This document shows, in pieces, positions 20,089-30,409 of a DNA stretch of 64,000 nucleotides. The notes below the pieces were generated by a model. The model had not been told where the DNA came from and did not search any database. It saw nothing but the letters and a program-made list of their open reading frames with translations. Source of the stretch: Candidatus Velthaea sp. (lineage in GTDB: Bacteria > Vulcanimicrobiota > Vulcanimicrobiia > Vulcanimicrobiales > Vulcanimicrobiaceae); the NCBI GenBank assembly GCA_965214935.1, contig CBDCCS010000021.1:256001-320000 (forward strand), read 5' to 3'. Positions within the stretch are counted from its first letter, which is position 1, and every line of letters starts with the position of its first letter. Position numbers and translations under genes: made by a program.

Positions 20089-20096
20089 TCTGCCCC

Positions 20097-20870
20097 ATGG
20101 CCGCATCACCCGCCTTCGCCGACCTTCGGTCACAACTCGATCATCGCTTTCGCGACACGACCGGAGCTGCGTTTATCCCGGCCGGTGAACGCCTGCTCGT
20201 CAGCGGCATCACCGAACTCGACCGTGTTTTAGGCGGCGGCTTGCCGTGCGGAACGATTGCAACTGTGGAAGGGCAGCGCAGTTCGGGACGGCTTGCCATC
20301 GCCGCCCGGCTTTTAGCGGTAGCGACCCAAGCCGGGCTAGCGGCCATTGTCGGAATTCCGGCGTTTCCTCCGGCGCTGGCTGCGGCCGGAGTCGTACTCG
20401 AACGCCTGCTGGTCGTAACGGCGACATGTCCGGTCGAAGTCGCGCGCGCAGCGGATATTCTTTTGCGATCCGGAGCGTTTGCCGTCGTCGTCATACCGGC
20501 GTTGCCGAGCGGTCCGCGAACGGGCTCGGCCACCTGGACGCGGCTCACGAGTTTAGCGCATCGTGCCAACGCGGTTTTGTTCGCGGTCGGGACGAGCGCT
20601 TCGAGCGAATTGCGTTACTTTGCTTCGGTGCGCATTGAAACAACGATCGAACGTATCCGCTGGAACGGACCTTCGGGACATTTCGCCGAGTTGGCAGGCT
20701 ACGACGTCCGAGCAACGATTCGAAAGCATAAGCGCGCGGCACCCGGTGCCAGCGCGCTTATTTCGTGCCTGCCGTTCGAGAATCGCGCCCCGCTTGTCGC
20801 AATTCGCGAATGCATGTTTGCGACGGCACCGGCCGTGCCGTCGCGGGCCCGCCTAACGGCGGCGAGTTAG
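20097..20870 (+). CDS. imuA: ImuA-like inactive RecA-fold protein
   Basis: SGITELDRVLGGGLPCG, degenerate Walker A (EGQRSSGRL), PALAAAGVVLERLLVV, LLRSGAFAVVV; SOS box upstream. Confidence 0.8.
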   Translation: MAASPAFADLRSQLDHRFRDTTGAAFIPAGERLLVSGITELDRVLGGGLPCGTIATVEGQRSSGRLAIAARLLAVATQAGLAAIVGIPAFPPALAAAGVVLERLLVVTATCPVEVARAADILLRSGAFAVVVIPALPSGPRTGSATWTRLTSLAHRANAVLFAVGTSASSELRYFASVRIETTIERIRWNGPSGHFAELAGYDVRATIRKHKRAAPGASALISCLPFENRAPLVAIRECMFATAPAVPSRARLTAAS

Positions 20871-21335
20871 AGCAGTCCGATGAATTTACTTGTGATGCGG
20901 CCGTTCGCTGATTCGGTGTAATCGAACATTTCGGTAGCGAACCGGAGCAGCGATCGGAACTTCGTCGTGATCGATTGCATTCGCGATGCCTCCAGAAAAG
21001 CCGATACGCGTAAGTCGCGTACGGCGTAAGGTGATTATAGTCTATCGGGCGCGGTCGTCAATTGCATCGGCCTTTTTGATAAAAATTTAACCAAACGTTG
21101 AGAAAGCAGTCGGCCCGGAACTTGTCTAGCGAGGTTATGAATAGCTTAAACTCTCGGACGCAGTACGTACATCTCCCGCAATACGGACACGGGAAGTTCG
21201 ACGTGCAAGCACCGCCGCATACCGCTACGATGCTCGCGAGCAAGACCATCGACAGGCTTCGGACTTGTTTAGACGAGTTCGGTCATAGCGGCGTTTTATC
21301 AAACCGGAATACGCTCGGGACATCATGGCACCGCA

Positions 21336-21364
21336 TTGACATCGAACGTATGTTCGATTAGGAT
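21336..21364 (+). promoter_or_regulatory. second LexA (SOS) box within a sigma70 promoter
   Basis: TTGACA, 17 nt containing TCGAAC-GTAT-GTTCGA, TAGGAT, 9 nt, ATG. Confidence 0.85.
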
Positions 21365-21373
21365 GATGGTCCT

Positions 21374-22861
21374 ATGGCGATCGTCTGCGTTCTCGTCCCG
21401 GCATTTCGGCTGGGTGTCGCCCGGCTGGCCGATCCGGCCGTTCCGGTCGACGGGCCCGTTCTCGTCGCCGATAAAATCGAGCGCGGCCGCGTCGTCGAAT
21501 GTTCGCCGGTTGCCGCAGCACTCGGCGCGCGACCCGGAATGACGCTCGTCCAAGCGCAAGCCGCAGCCCGCGATGCGCGCGTCGTCGTCGACGATCCGCG
21601 CCGTGACGTCGAGGTTTGGCAGGCAATGCTCGATGCGCTCGATGCCGCCTCACCGCTTATCGACGATGCCGGGCTCGGCTGCGCGTTTTTAGAGATGCAG
21701 GGAATCACCGGCGGCACCGCGGGCTGGCTGGCAGCCGTGCGCAGTGCGCTGGCCGGCTTCGATCTACCGCTGCGCTTGGGCTTGGCGGCGAATCCATTTG
21801 TTGCCCGAGCAGCGGCCCTCGTGCATGACGGTGCGACGATCGATGCGGCGGAAGCCGCTGCGTTTCTCGCGCCGTTACCGCTCGAAACACTCGAGCTCGA
21901 TCCAGCGACGATCGAACGGCTCGTAATTTTAGGCGTTCGTACGTTAGGTGAACTTGCCGCGTTGCCGCATGGGCCTTTCGTGCGCCGCTTCGGCACGCCG
22001 GCCGCGCTGTGGCACGACCGCGCGCGCGGTATCGATCCGCGGCCGCTGCGGCCGCGCACCCATGCCGTGCGGATCGATCGGACGCTCTACGGCGAAGGGA
22101 CGGCGACAACGGAGGAACAGGTGCTCTTCGCGCTGCGCACCCTAGTCGGCCGAGTTGTCGACGATCTGGGTCTGGCGGGGAAGCGGTGCGGTGCCTTGCT
22201 GCTGAGTTTAGAGTGTGAAGACGGCGACGTGCATGAAATAGCGACGCGCGTCGCTCAACCAACCGCGCAACCGGCGACGTTGTTCGAGTTGCTTCGTGCG
22301 CGCTTAGACGGCGTTGTTTTGCGCTCGCCGGTCAGCGGGCTACGGTTAGGGGCGCAACAATTAGAAGACGGCGGCGTGCAGATCGCGCTATTCTCGGGCA
22401 GCGACCCCGACCCCGACGCTCTCGGCATCGCGCTGGCGCGGCTCGATGCGGCACTGGGCGAACATCACGCGATGCGGGCGCGCGTTACCGACGGAGCCCG
22501 GATCGAGCAACGCTTCGCCCTCGAAACGTTCAGTCTCGAACCGCTCGTTAGCCGAACGTGGCCCGGCACGCCGGAGGTATCGGCGTTACCGGCCTCGGCC
22601 ACGATGCAATTCCGGCCGATTGAACCGGTACCGATCAGCGTCGGCTTGGGCGCCGGTTTGCCGCGCTTCGTCGGTTCGCCGCCGCAGCCGGTGCTCGACG
22701 TTGCCGGTCCGTGGCGCGTAAACGAAGGCTGGTGGACGCGTGCGACCGGCGGCGGCACACCGCTCGTGCGCGATGAATACGACGTGCTGCTCGCCGACGG
22801 CGCGCTGCTCCGTATCGCCCGCGAAGGCACCGCCTGGAGCATGCGCGGCGTGTATGATTGA
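21374..22861 (+). CDS. imuB: ImuB-like catalytically inactive Y-family polymerase
   Basis: GARPGMTLVQA, LGVRTLGELAALP...RRFG, QIALF clamp-like motif, GPW..EGWW..RDEYDV tail; DinB catalytic carboxylates absent. Confidence 0.87.
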   Translation: MAIVCVLVPAFRLGVARLADPAVPVDGPVLVADKIERGRVVECSPVAAALGARPGMTLVQAQAAARDARVVVDDPRRDVEVWQAMLDALDAASPLIDDAGLGCAFLEMQGITGGTAGWLAAVRSALAGFDLPLRLGLAANPFVARAAALVHDGATIDAAEAAAFLAPLPLETLELDPATIERLVILGVRTLGELAALPHGPFVRRFGTPAALWHDRARGIDPRPLRPRTHAVRIDRTLYGEGTATTEEQVLFALRTLVGRVVDDLGLAGKRCGALLLSLECEDGDVHEIATRVAQPTAQPATLFELLRARLDGVVLRSPVSGLRLGAQQLEDGGVQIALFSGSDPDPDALGIALARLDAALGEHHAMRARVTDGARIEQRFALETFSLEPLVSRTWPGTPEVSALPASATMQFRPIEPVPISVGLGAGLPRFVGSPPQPVLDVAGPWRVNEGWWTRATGGGTPLVRDEYDVLLADGALLRIAREGTAWSMRGVYD

Positions 22862-22865
22862 CGGA

Positions 22866-24398
22866 CTAGGCCGGGACCCGGTCGATCCGGCCGTCGAGAC
22901 GTCGCGCAGTGAATCCGATCAGGCAACCGCTCTCGAATAGTGCCAGCAGCGTTGCTCCGATCAGCCCCGTTTGTAACGCACGAAAGACACCCGAAACGAG
23001 ATAGACGCTCACGGGTGGAACCAATAAAAGCAGCGCTGTAAAGGAACGCAGCGCGACGATCGGACCGCGCTGATCGGCGACATTGGGAAACAGCGCGAAA
23101 GCAGCAAAGCCGGTCGCCGTGATAAGCATGATGAGCGCCGGTAAACCGAGCTCGAAAAGCATGATGCGATCGAGCGATCCGCCGCCGAGCGCAAAACCTG
23201 CGCCCAGGAGCATCGACGCAAGCGCGCGTTGCCAAATTTGGCTGAATGCAAATCCGCATAAGCGCGCAAACAACGTATCCGGGGCAAGCCAAAATAACGG
23301 ACGCCGTAATTCGATTGCAAGGCGGAGCGCAACCTGCGAGCCGCTCAAAACCAACAGGTTCGCCGCTAATCCCAAGGCGGCGAAGAAGATATCGTCGTGC
23401 GACCGGAACTGGCGTGCAGCCGCAACTCCAAGGATCACGAGCCCAAATGCGCCCGCGGCGGCATAGGCGGGTCGAACGGCGCGCCGGAATTCAACCGCCG
23501 ACTTCCACACGAATGCCAGCGCGCCCGGCGCGGGAATCGCGATTGCCGGTCGGCGCATAGCGCCGGTACCCCGTGCAGCCGGGCGACGTGCGAATTCACG
23601 TAATTCCAAGCGTGCAACGGCAAAGGCATAGAATTCCGGGTACGCATCGCGTCCGGCGACGGCGAGTGCAACAACTCCGCCAATCGCACTTGCCGCGACA
23701 CCGGCAAAGGCCCGCGGATCGGGTGAAAGCAGGATGCTGCCGGGATGCCAGGGCGGGATCACTGTGACGATCCACCTTGCCGGCGCGGCCGGAACGAACG
23801 CCGGCAACTGCACGACGAGATCGCGCACCATCGGCGCCGCGGCAGCAAGAGCGACCGGAATGCCGGCAATCGCGCCGACAAGACCCGCGCACATCCCAAG
23901 CAGCCGGCGCAAAACAGCGAGCGTCGCCCCGGCGATAAAGAGAACGATGCCCAGCGCGAGATCGGCGCATGCCGCCGACAGTCCGAGGCTGCGCGGCGCT
24001 AAAATGAAAACGACATAGACAAAGACGAATGAATATCGCAACGCCGCGCTGAGCGCTTCGCGTACTTGCAGATACGCAATGGCGACCGGCGCTCGAACCG
24101 GCGAACCGATGATGAACCGCGCTTCAACGCGCGTCCGGAAAAGGGCGATCGCGGGCCGGCCGGAGATCAGCGAATAGATAAACGTCACGAGCACCGAGCA
24201 CACGACATAATCCGCGCCTGCCGCGAGGCGCGTTGAATCAGCCGAACGGCCGACGAAAGCCCGGCTAACCGATAAGATCACCACGCTTAGCGCGTACAAG
24301 AACCACAATGCGGTGCGGCCCGGCGACCGCAGGATGCGGCGTACATTCGTGCGCAGCGCACACCAGTCGGCGAACGTCAGGGCCGCAATGTCCCTCAT
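22866..24398 (-). CDS. putative ABC exporter membrane subunit
   Basis: 510-aa polytopic protein coupled (ATGA) to an ABC ATPase. Confidence 0.78.
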   Translation of the reverse strand: MRDIAALTFADWCALRTNVRRILRSPGRTALWFLYALSVVILSVSRAFVGRSADSTRLAAGADYVVCSVLVTFIYSLISGRPAIALFRTRVEARFIIGSPVRAPVAIAYLQVREALSAALRYSFVFVYVVFILAPRSLGLSAACADLALGIVLFIAGATLAVLRRLLGMCAGLVGAIAGIPVALAAAAPMVRDLVVQLPAFVPAAPARWIVTVIPPWHPGSILLSPDPRAFAGVAASAIGGVVALAVAGRDAYPEFYAFAVARLELREFARRPAARGTGAMRRPAIAIPAPGALAFVWKSAVEFRRAVRPAYAAAGAFGLVILGVAAARQFRSHDDIFFAALGLAANLLVLSGSQVALRLAIELRRPLFWLAPDTLFARLCGFAFSQIWQRALASMLLGAGFALGGGSLDRIMLFELGLPALIMLITATGFAAFALFPNVADQRGPIVALRSFTALLLLVPPVSVYLVSGVFRALQTGLIGATLLALFESGCLIGFTARRLDGRIDRVPA

Positions 24399-25123
24399 TG
24401 CATGTAGCGGATCGCACGCGTTAAGTCGAGGAACACATCTTCGAGCGTGCCGCTTCCCAAGGAGCGAATCTCGGCAATCGTCCCGCTGGCAACATTACGG
24501 CCGTCGTTGACGATGACGACGCGATCGCAAAGCGACTCGGCGGCTTCAAGTTGATGGGTGCTAAGCATGATGGCCGCGCCGCCGGCCCGCAATTCGCGCA
24601 ATAGCGCTCGTAGCTCGTGCTGTCCGAGCGGATCGAGCCCGATCATCGGCTCATCGAGCAGGAGGACCGGTGCACCGGCTAAGAGCGTTGCGGCAATTAA
24701 TGTTTTCTGCCGCATCCCTTTCGAGAGTTCGCTGCCGAGCGCAGACCGGGCGTCATCTAATTCAAAGCGCTCGAGCAATGCTCGGGCTTGCATTTCCCAG
24801 CCCGTTGCAAGCCGGCACAGACGCGCAACGAAACCGAGATGTTCCCAGACGGTCAATAGCGGATAGACGTCGGGCGTCTCGGGAACGAGCGAGATGAGGC
24901 GGCTGCGCTCCGGGCCGACAAGCGCACCGCGAAATCGAACGCTGCCGCCGTCGGCCCGCAGCAACCCGCTCAAAATCCCGAATGCCGTCGACTTGCCCGC
25001 GCCGTTCGGACCGATAAGCCCGACGATTTCGCCGACGTCGAGTGTAAACGAAAGATCGTGCAATGCCACTTTACGGTCGAACCGTTTCGCGAGATGGTCG
25101 ACGACAAGGGCGGCTTCGGGCAT
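24395..25123 (-). CDS. ABC transporter ATP-binding protein
   Basis: GPNGAGKST, LSKGMRQK, LLDEPMIGLDP. Confidence 0.95.
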   Translation of the reverse strand: MPEAALVVDHLAKRFDRKVALHDLSFTLDVGEIVGLIGPNGAGKSTAFGILSGLLRADGGSVRFRGALVGPERSRLISLVPETPDVYPLLTVWEHLGFVARLCRLATGWEMQARALLERFELDDARSALGSELSKGMRQKTLIAATLLAGAPVLLLDEPMIGLDPLGQHELRALLRELRAGGAAIMLSTHQLEAAESLCDRVVIVNDGRNVASGTIAEIRSLGSGTLEDVFLDLTRAIRYMQ

Positions 25124-25191
25124 TGTGGGCGGATTCCGGTGCGGGGACGCCGGTTCTTCTTCGGCTTACCGTGCGCGGAACCGGCGATGCG

Positions 25192-26004
25192 ATGCCGGAA
25201 AGCTCCGCGGTGCTCATCGCTCAGATTACCGATACGCATATCACCGTCGACGGGCGACAAGCACGCGATCTGGCCCGCATTTTCGCCGAACTCAATGGGC
25301 GCGATCCGCGTCCGGATCTTATACTGCTCAGTGGAGACACGGTCGACTCAGGCCGCGTCGAGCAATATCGCGCCCTGCGCGATCTCATCGCGCAAAGCGC
25401 GATCGAGGTGTTCGTCGTACCCGGCAATCACGACCGGCTTCCGGCGCTGTTGGCAACGCTTGTCGCCAAACAGTATCCGCGCCTTACCGCCGGCTCGATG
25501 AATTACGTGCTCGACGACTTTCCGGTCCGCATCATTGCGCTCGACACGACCGCGCCGGGCCGGCCGGGCGGTATTTTGGACGACGCGCGACTCGGATGGC
25601 TCGACCGCCGTTTAATCGAAGCGCCGGGACGGCCGGTGTTGATCTTCATGCACCATCCACCGTTTCGGACCGGCGTAAATTTAGCCGACCTTTTCGGTTT
25701 TGCCGGGGCGCGCCGTTTCGCTGCGCTGCTCGAGCGTCAGCCGAACGTTCGGCGGGTTGTTGCCGGCCACGTTCACTGCCGGCGAAGCACGATCATCGGT
25801 ACGACGCTCGTGACGACGGCAATCAGTACGACGCCGCAATACGTACCCGAAGTATTCGAGCGCCGCTTGATCGGCATGCGCCCGGAGCCGGCGGGTTTCA
25901 CCTTGCATGCCTGGCAAAGCACCGAGTTCAGAAGCACGACGTACATCGCAGACGAAGCCGGTGACTTCATCGCCGCGCCAGACGCCATCACTGCGCATAG
26001 CTGA
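25192..26004 (+). CDS. metallophosphoesterase (CpdA/GpdQ-like phosphodiesterase)
   Basis: QITDTH, SGD, PGNHD, MHHPP, AGHVH. Confidence 0.9.
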   Translation: MPESSAVLIAQITDTHITVDGRQARDLARIFAELNGRDPRPDLILLSGDTVDSGRVEQYRALRDLIAQSAIEVFVVPGNHDRLPALLATLVAKQYPRLTAGSMNYVLDDFPVRIIALDTTAPGRPGGILDDARLGWLDRRLIEAPGRPVLIFMHHPPFRTGVNLADLFGFAGARRFAALLERQPNVRRVVAGHVHCRRSTIIGTTLVTTAISTTPQYVPEVFERRLIGMRPEPAGFTLHAWQSTEFRSTTYIADEAGDFIAAPDAITAHS

Positions 26005-26151
26005 ACGAATGAACGGCGCGCGTTGCAACAGGCGAACCTCATGCGAGCCGTAGCCGCCTTGATCGAGAACGGCTTCGACTCGACCTAACGCTCTGGCAGC
26101 CCGGCGGATCGGCCGACGTTCATCTCTACCGCTACAAAGCGGTCGGAGCTC

Positions 26152-27126
26152 TCAGGCCAAATACGGCTCGTCCGGAACAACCGGCGCGAGAATGTCATCC
26201 ATGCGCGCAAAAATAGCCGGATCGACGTTGAGTACGGCCGCCGCCGCGTTATCGTCGATTTGCTCGGGCCGGGTGGCCCCGACGATCACCGCTGAAACGA
26301 CTTCATCGCGCAAACACCAAGCTAAAGCCAACTGCGCAAGCGAGCAACCCGCTTCGCTCGCCAGCGGCAAAAGCTTCTGCACCGCATCGAGCACCGGTTG
26401 CTCGAAATAGCGATCCATCATATCGGCTGACGGACCGGCAGCGCGCGTTCCGGCCGGCGGCCGCTTGGCGTCGGTATACTTACCGGTAAGAATTCCCATT
26501 GCCAGCGGTGACCATACGACGTTACCGACACCATAGTCACGGCAGGTCGGCAGAACGCGCGACTCGATGCGGCGCCACAAAGCGCTATATTGCGGCTGAT
26601 TGCTTACCGGCTCCGCCCAGCCGCGAGCCCGGCAAAGATCCACGGCAGCACTAATTTGATCGGCCGTCCATTCGGACACGCCCCAGTATAAGATCTTACC
26701 GGCGCGTACGAGGTCGTTCATGGCAGCACACGTTTCATCGAGCGGTGTCCGTACGTCATAGCGATGGCATTGATAGAGGTCGATATACGACGTTCCGAGC
26801 CGCGCGAGACTGCGATCGATCTGCTCGCGAATGTGTTTGCGCGATAAACCCCGGTCGTTCGGGCCGTCGCCCATAGGAAAGAATACTTTCGTCGCCAGTA
26901 CGATGTCATCGCGATCGATTTGAGCGATCGCGCGACCGACGACTTCCTCGGCCCGGCCGCGCGCGTACACGTTCGCTGTGTCGAAAAAATTAATGCCGCA
27001 GTCGAAAGCACGTGCGATACAAGCACGTGCCGAAGCTTCTTCAACGGCCCCGCCGTACGTAAGCCACGAACCTAAACCGATAACCGATACATTGACGCCC
27101 CAGCGTCCGAGTTTCCGATAACGCAT
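26152..27126 (-). CDS. aldo/keto reductase
   Basis: MRYRKLG, FFDTANVY, LATKV, IDLYQCH, WSPLAMG. Confidence 0.94.
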   Translation of the reverse strand: MRYRKLGRWGVNVSVIGLGSWLTYGGAVEEASARACIARAFDCGINFFDTANVYARGRAEEVVGRAIAQIDRDDIVLATKVFFPMGDGPNDRGLSRKHIREQIDRSLARLGTSYIDLYQCHRYDVRTPLDETCAAMNDLVRAGKILYWGVSEWTADQISAAVDLCRARGWAEPVSNQPQYSALWRRIESRVLPTCRDYGVGNVVWSPLAMGILTGKYTDAKRPPAGTRAAGPSADMMDRYFEQPVLDAVQKLLPLASEAGCSLAQLALAWCLRDEVVSAVIVGATRPEQIDDNAAAAVLNVDPAIFARMDDILAPVVPDEPYLA

Positions 27127-27143
27127 GACCGACGGCGTTCGGC

Positions 27144-27641
27144 TTACACGCGCGGTAACCCGCGCAGCAACCAGCGTTCGAGATACCGCAGCCAGCGCGT
27201 ATTGAGCGGATCGTGACGCACGAGCGGTTCGACGAGAATTGCCGATAAGCCGAACAACCGCGCGCCCAAGATGTCGGTGAACAGTTGATCGCCGACAACG
27301 ACGACGGCCGCGCGCGGCAGTTCGAGCACACCGAGCGCGCGGCGAAAGCCGGACGGCAGCGGCTTGCGCGCGTTGGCGATACATGGAATGCCGAGGTTGC
27401 GTGCGACGTCTTTGGCCCACGGCGTTGCGTTATTGGTTACCATGACGACCTGCACGCCGCGCTCGCGAGCCGCAACGATCCAACGTGCATCGCGATCGTC
27501 GGGGGCGAGTTGCCGATAGCCGACGAGCGTGTTATCGAGATCGATGATCACGCCGCGCAATCCATTCGCGGCAAGGTCTTCGAATTTGATATCGGCGACG
27601 CGCGGCGCGTACATGGTGGGCCACCACCAGCGCCGCCTCAT
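27144..27641 (-). CDS. YqeG-family HAD IIIA phosphatase
   Basis: IDLDNTL, ARKP, VGDQLFTDILGA. Confidence 0.9.
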   Translation of the reverse strand: MRRRWWWPTMYAPRVADIKFEDLAANGLRGVIIDLDNTLVGYRQLAPDDRDARWIVAARERGVQVVMVTNNATPWAKDVARNLGIPCIANARKPLPSGFRRALGVLELPRAAVVVVGDQLFTDILGARLFGLSAILVEPLVRHDPLNTRWLRYLERWLLRGLPRV

Positions 27642-28513
27642 ACGACCGGAGCGTAGACGGAGATTGCGTGCGGCACAACTTTGAATTCAGCCGGCGTACG
27701 TGTCGCCGGTTCACCGTCGGCAAACACTTGATGCCGATGGCGGCCCCGCACGACGAACCGGCGGCCGCGCAATGTCTGAACGCCGTGCGCCGACGGGAAG
27801 CGTTTGAGTGCGACCGCGGCGATGATTTCAAACGGCTCCCACCAGTGCGTCAACGCGATACTATACAAATCGAGCGTTCCATCATCGATCCGCGCCTCCG
27901 TGTTTTCAACCACACCGCCGAAACGGTAACTGTTCGCAACGGTCAATTGCATCGTCGTTAGTGCCGTACGCTCACCATTTTCTAACTCGACTTCGAGATG
28001 GTAGGGCCGCAGCGAACGCCAGGCGCGAAGCGTCGCTAGCGGAATTGCCAGCATGCCCCAACGATTTTTCACCTCGCCGGTCTGTTCTTGCGCGACATGC
28101 GTCGATAGACCGATGCTCGCTTCGTTAAAGAACCAAAAACCGTTAACGTTACCGACATCGATTTGGCGCGGAGCACCGGTATCGAGCAGCGCACAGGCAG
28201 CGTTGATATCGAGCGGAATCGCCAAGGTCCGAGCCAGTTCGTTGATCGTTCCTAACGGCAGAATCAGCAGCGGCACGCCGACGGTCCGCAGTCCGCCGAT
28301 TGCCGAAATGAGCGTGCCGTCGCCGCCGCCGATGGCGACCGTATCGACACGTCCGCGATGCGCGACGATCGCGCGTTCGAGGTCGGCAGCCCGGCGCGTG
28401 TCCGCAACGATAACGTCATGGCCCTGCGCACGTAAACGCAAGAGCGCCGCATCGCGGGCATCGCGTCCGCGCCGGGCACGCACGTTGACGGCTAAGAGGA
28501 TTCGCTGAGCCAC
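27638..28513 (-). CDS. YegS/BmrU-family lipid kinase
   Basis: GGGDGT, PLGTINELAR, NEASIG, ADGE; GTG start inferred. Confidence 0.9.
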   Translation of the reverse strand: MAQRILLAVNVRARRGRDARDAALLRLRAQGHDVIVADTRRAADLERAIVAHRGRVDTVAIGGGDGTLISAIGGLRTVGVPLLILPLGTINELARTLAIPLDINAACALLDTGAPRQIDVGNVNGFWFFNEASIGLSTHVAQEQTGEVKNRWGMLAIPLATLRAWRSLRPYHLEVELENGERTALTTMQLTVANSYRFGGVVENTEARIDDGTLDLYSIALTHWWEPFEIIAAVALKRFPSAHGVQTLRGRRFVVRGRHRHQVFADGEPATRTPAEFKVVPHAISVYAPVV

Positions 28514-28522
28514 GCCCGGTGC

Positions 28523-28548
28523 GTACCCGCCGGACCTATCGTTGAAGC
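28523..28548 (-). promoter_or_regulatory. putative SigB/SigF-like promoter
   Basis: GCTT, 16 nt, GGGTAC, 9 nt, GTG (28513). Confidence 0.5.
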
Positions 28549-28625
28549 CCAATTTGCTTCACCGGTTCAATTCGTCGAGGGTTACGCCGAGCAGCGTTCA
28601 AAGCGCTGCAAGCCACTTTTTGCCC

Positions 28626-29512
28626 ATGCAGGTTATCGGAAAATAGCTAACTACGACGTTGTTTGGGTCGACACGTTCACCGCAACTCCGCTTGCCGGAA
28701 ACGCTTGTGCCGTGCTGGTCGATGCGCGCGGTCTCGAGGGTCCGGCGATGCAGGCCGTCGCGCGTGAATTCAATCTTTCCGAGACGGCGTTCGTCTTTCC
28801 ATCCGATCAAGCCGACTTCTCCGTTCGCTATTTCATGCCGGTCGGCGAGATACCGCTGGCCGGTCATCCGACGATCGCCACCACCCATGCACTCTGTGAG
28901 ATCGGTAAGATTAGCGGCGATTGCACCGCAATTACACTGCAGATGCCGGCCGGCATCATCCCCGTCGCGATCGATCGTGCGGCGGGCGCACCGCGTTACG
29001 CAATGTCGCAACCCGCACCGCAATTCTTATCCAGCCGGAAGCGCGGCGCAATCGCCAAGGCACTCGGTCTGCAGAAAAAAGATCTGCTGGACTGCGTGCC
29101 GCAAGTGGTTTCGACCGGGACGCCGCAACTGCAGATCGCCTTGGCGTCGCTGGCGGCACTCGATCGCATCGCGGTCGATCGCGAACTGCTCTTTCCGGCG
29201 GCACGCGATTTCCTGAGCGCTCACATTTTTGCGCGCGCCGACGACGAATACCGGCTGCATGCGCGGCATTTCGCCGACGTCGGCGACGTGCTGGAAGATC
29301 CGTTCACGGGTTCGGCAACGGGCGGAATGGCAGCCTACTGCGCGCGCTACGGCATCGTCACCGAATCTCGCTACCGGGTCGCCCAAGGCATGCACGTTAA
29401 CCGTCCGGGTGTCGCCGACGTCGAGGTAAGCGGAACCGCGCCGGATCGGATCGGCCGGATTACCGTCGCAGGCAATGCAATCACGGTTTTACGCGGGACC
29501 CTCAGCGTGTAA
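28626..29512 (+). CDS. PhzF-family epimerase/isomerase (start disrupted or non-canonical)
   Basis: In-frame N-terminus YDVVWVDTFTATPLAGNACAV lies upstream of the tracked start; NLSETAF, EIPLAGHPT, EDPFTGSA. ATG 28626 is out of frame by one A. Confidence 0.85.
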
Positions 29513-29590
29513 GCTGCACGCGCCGGCCAAAGGGTTTCCCACTTTCCGGCCAAAGGCGCGGAGATGACGGCCGCGCCGCTTCTCTAACCG

Positions 29591-30409
29591 ATGCAGCAAG
29601 ACGCCACCGTTCGGACGACCTCCGGCGTAACGCGCCCGGCCGTCGTCGAAGCCCGCAACCTGCATGTCGTTTTCGGCGAGGGTGCGGCGCAGACCGTTGC
29701 GCTACGTGCCGTCGACCTAACGATTGAATCGGGCGAGTTTGTTTCGCTTATCGGTCCGTCCGGCTGCGGCAAAACGACGTTGCTGCGCGCATTCGCCGAC
29801 CTCGAACACGCCAGTACCGGACACGTAACGATCAACGGGCTCAGCGCGCAAGAAGCACGCCGGCAACGTGCGTACGGCTACGTTTTTCAAGCACCCGCAC
29901 TCTTTCAATGGCGCAACATCGAACGAAACGTGATGTTGCCGCTTGAAATCATGGGCGTGCCGCCGCCCGAACGCAGCGCGCGCGCAAAACGTCAGCTCGA
30001 ACTCGTCGGGCTCGGCGATGTCGGCCGGAAATTTCCGTGGCAGCTTTCGGGCGGGATGCAGCAGCGCGCATCGATCGCTCGCGCCCTGAGCTTCGAGCCG
30101 GCGCTGCTGCTGATGGACGAACCATTCGGAGCGCTCGATGAAATAACACGCGACGGCCTCAACGTCCATCTGCTCGATCTGTGGCGGCGTACCGCAATGA
30201 CCGTCGTCTTCGTGACGCACTCGATCCCCGAAGCGGTCTATCTCTCAACGCGGATCGTGGTCATGTCGCCGCGTCCCGGGCGAATCATCGACGTTGTCGA
30301 TTGCAACCTCGGGCTGCAGCGCCCGCTGACGATTCGCGAAACGCCGGAATTCTTGCAGGTCGCGCAGCGCGTACGAACGGCGCTGCAGAGTGCGCACACG
30401 TATGACTGA
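29591..30409 (+). CDS. NitT/TauT-family ABC ATP-binding protein (probably nucleobase uptake)
   Basis: GPSGCGKTT, FPWQLSGGMQQR, LMDEPFGALD; context with the pyrimidine catabolic genes. Confidence 0.93.
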   Translation: MQQDATVRTTSGVTRPAVVEARNLHVVFGEGAAQTVALRAVDLTIESGEFVSLIGPSGCGKTTLLRAFADLEHASTGHVTINGLSAQEARRQRAYGYVFQAPALFQWRNIERNVMLPLEIMGVPPPERSARAKRQLELVGLGDVGRKFPWQLSGGMQQRASIARALSFEPALLLMDEPFGALDEITRDGLNVHLLDLWRRTAMTVVFVTHSIPEAVYLSTRIVVMSPRPGRIIDVVDCNLGLQRPLTIRETPEFLQVAQRVRTALQSAHTYD

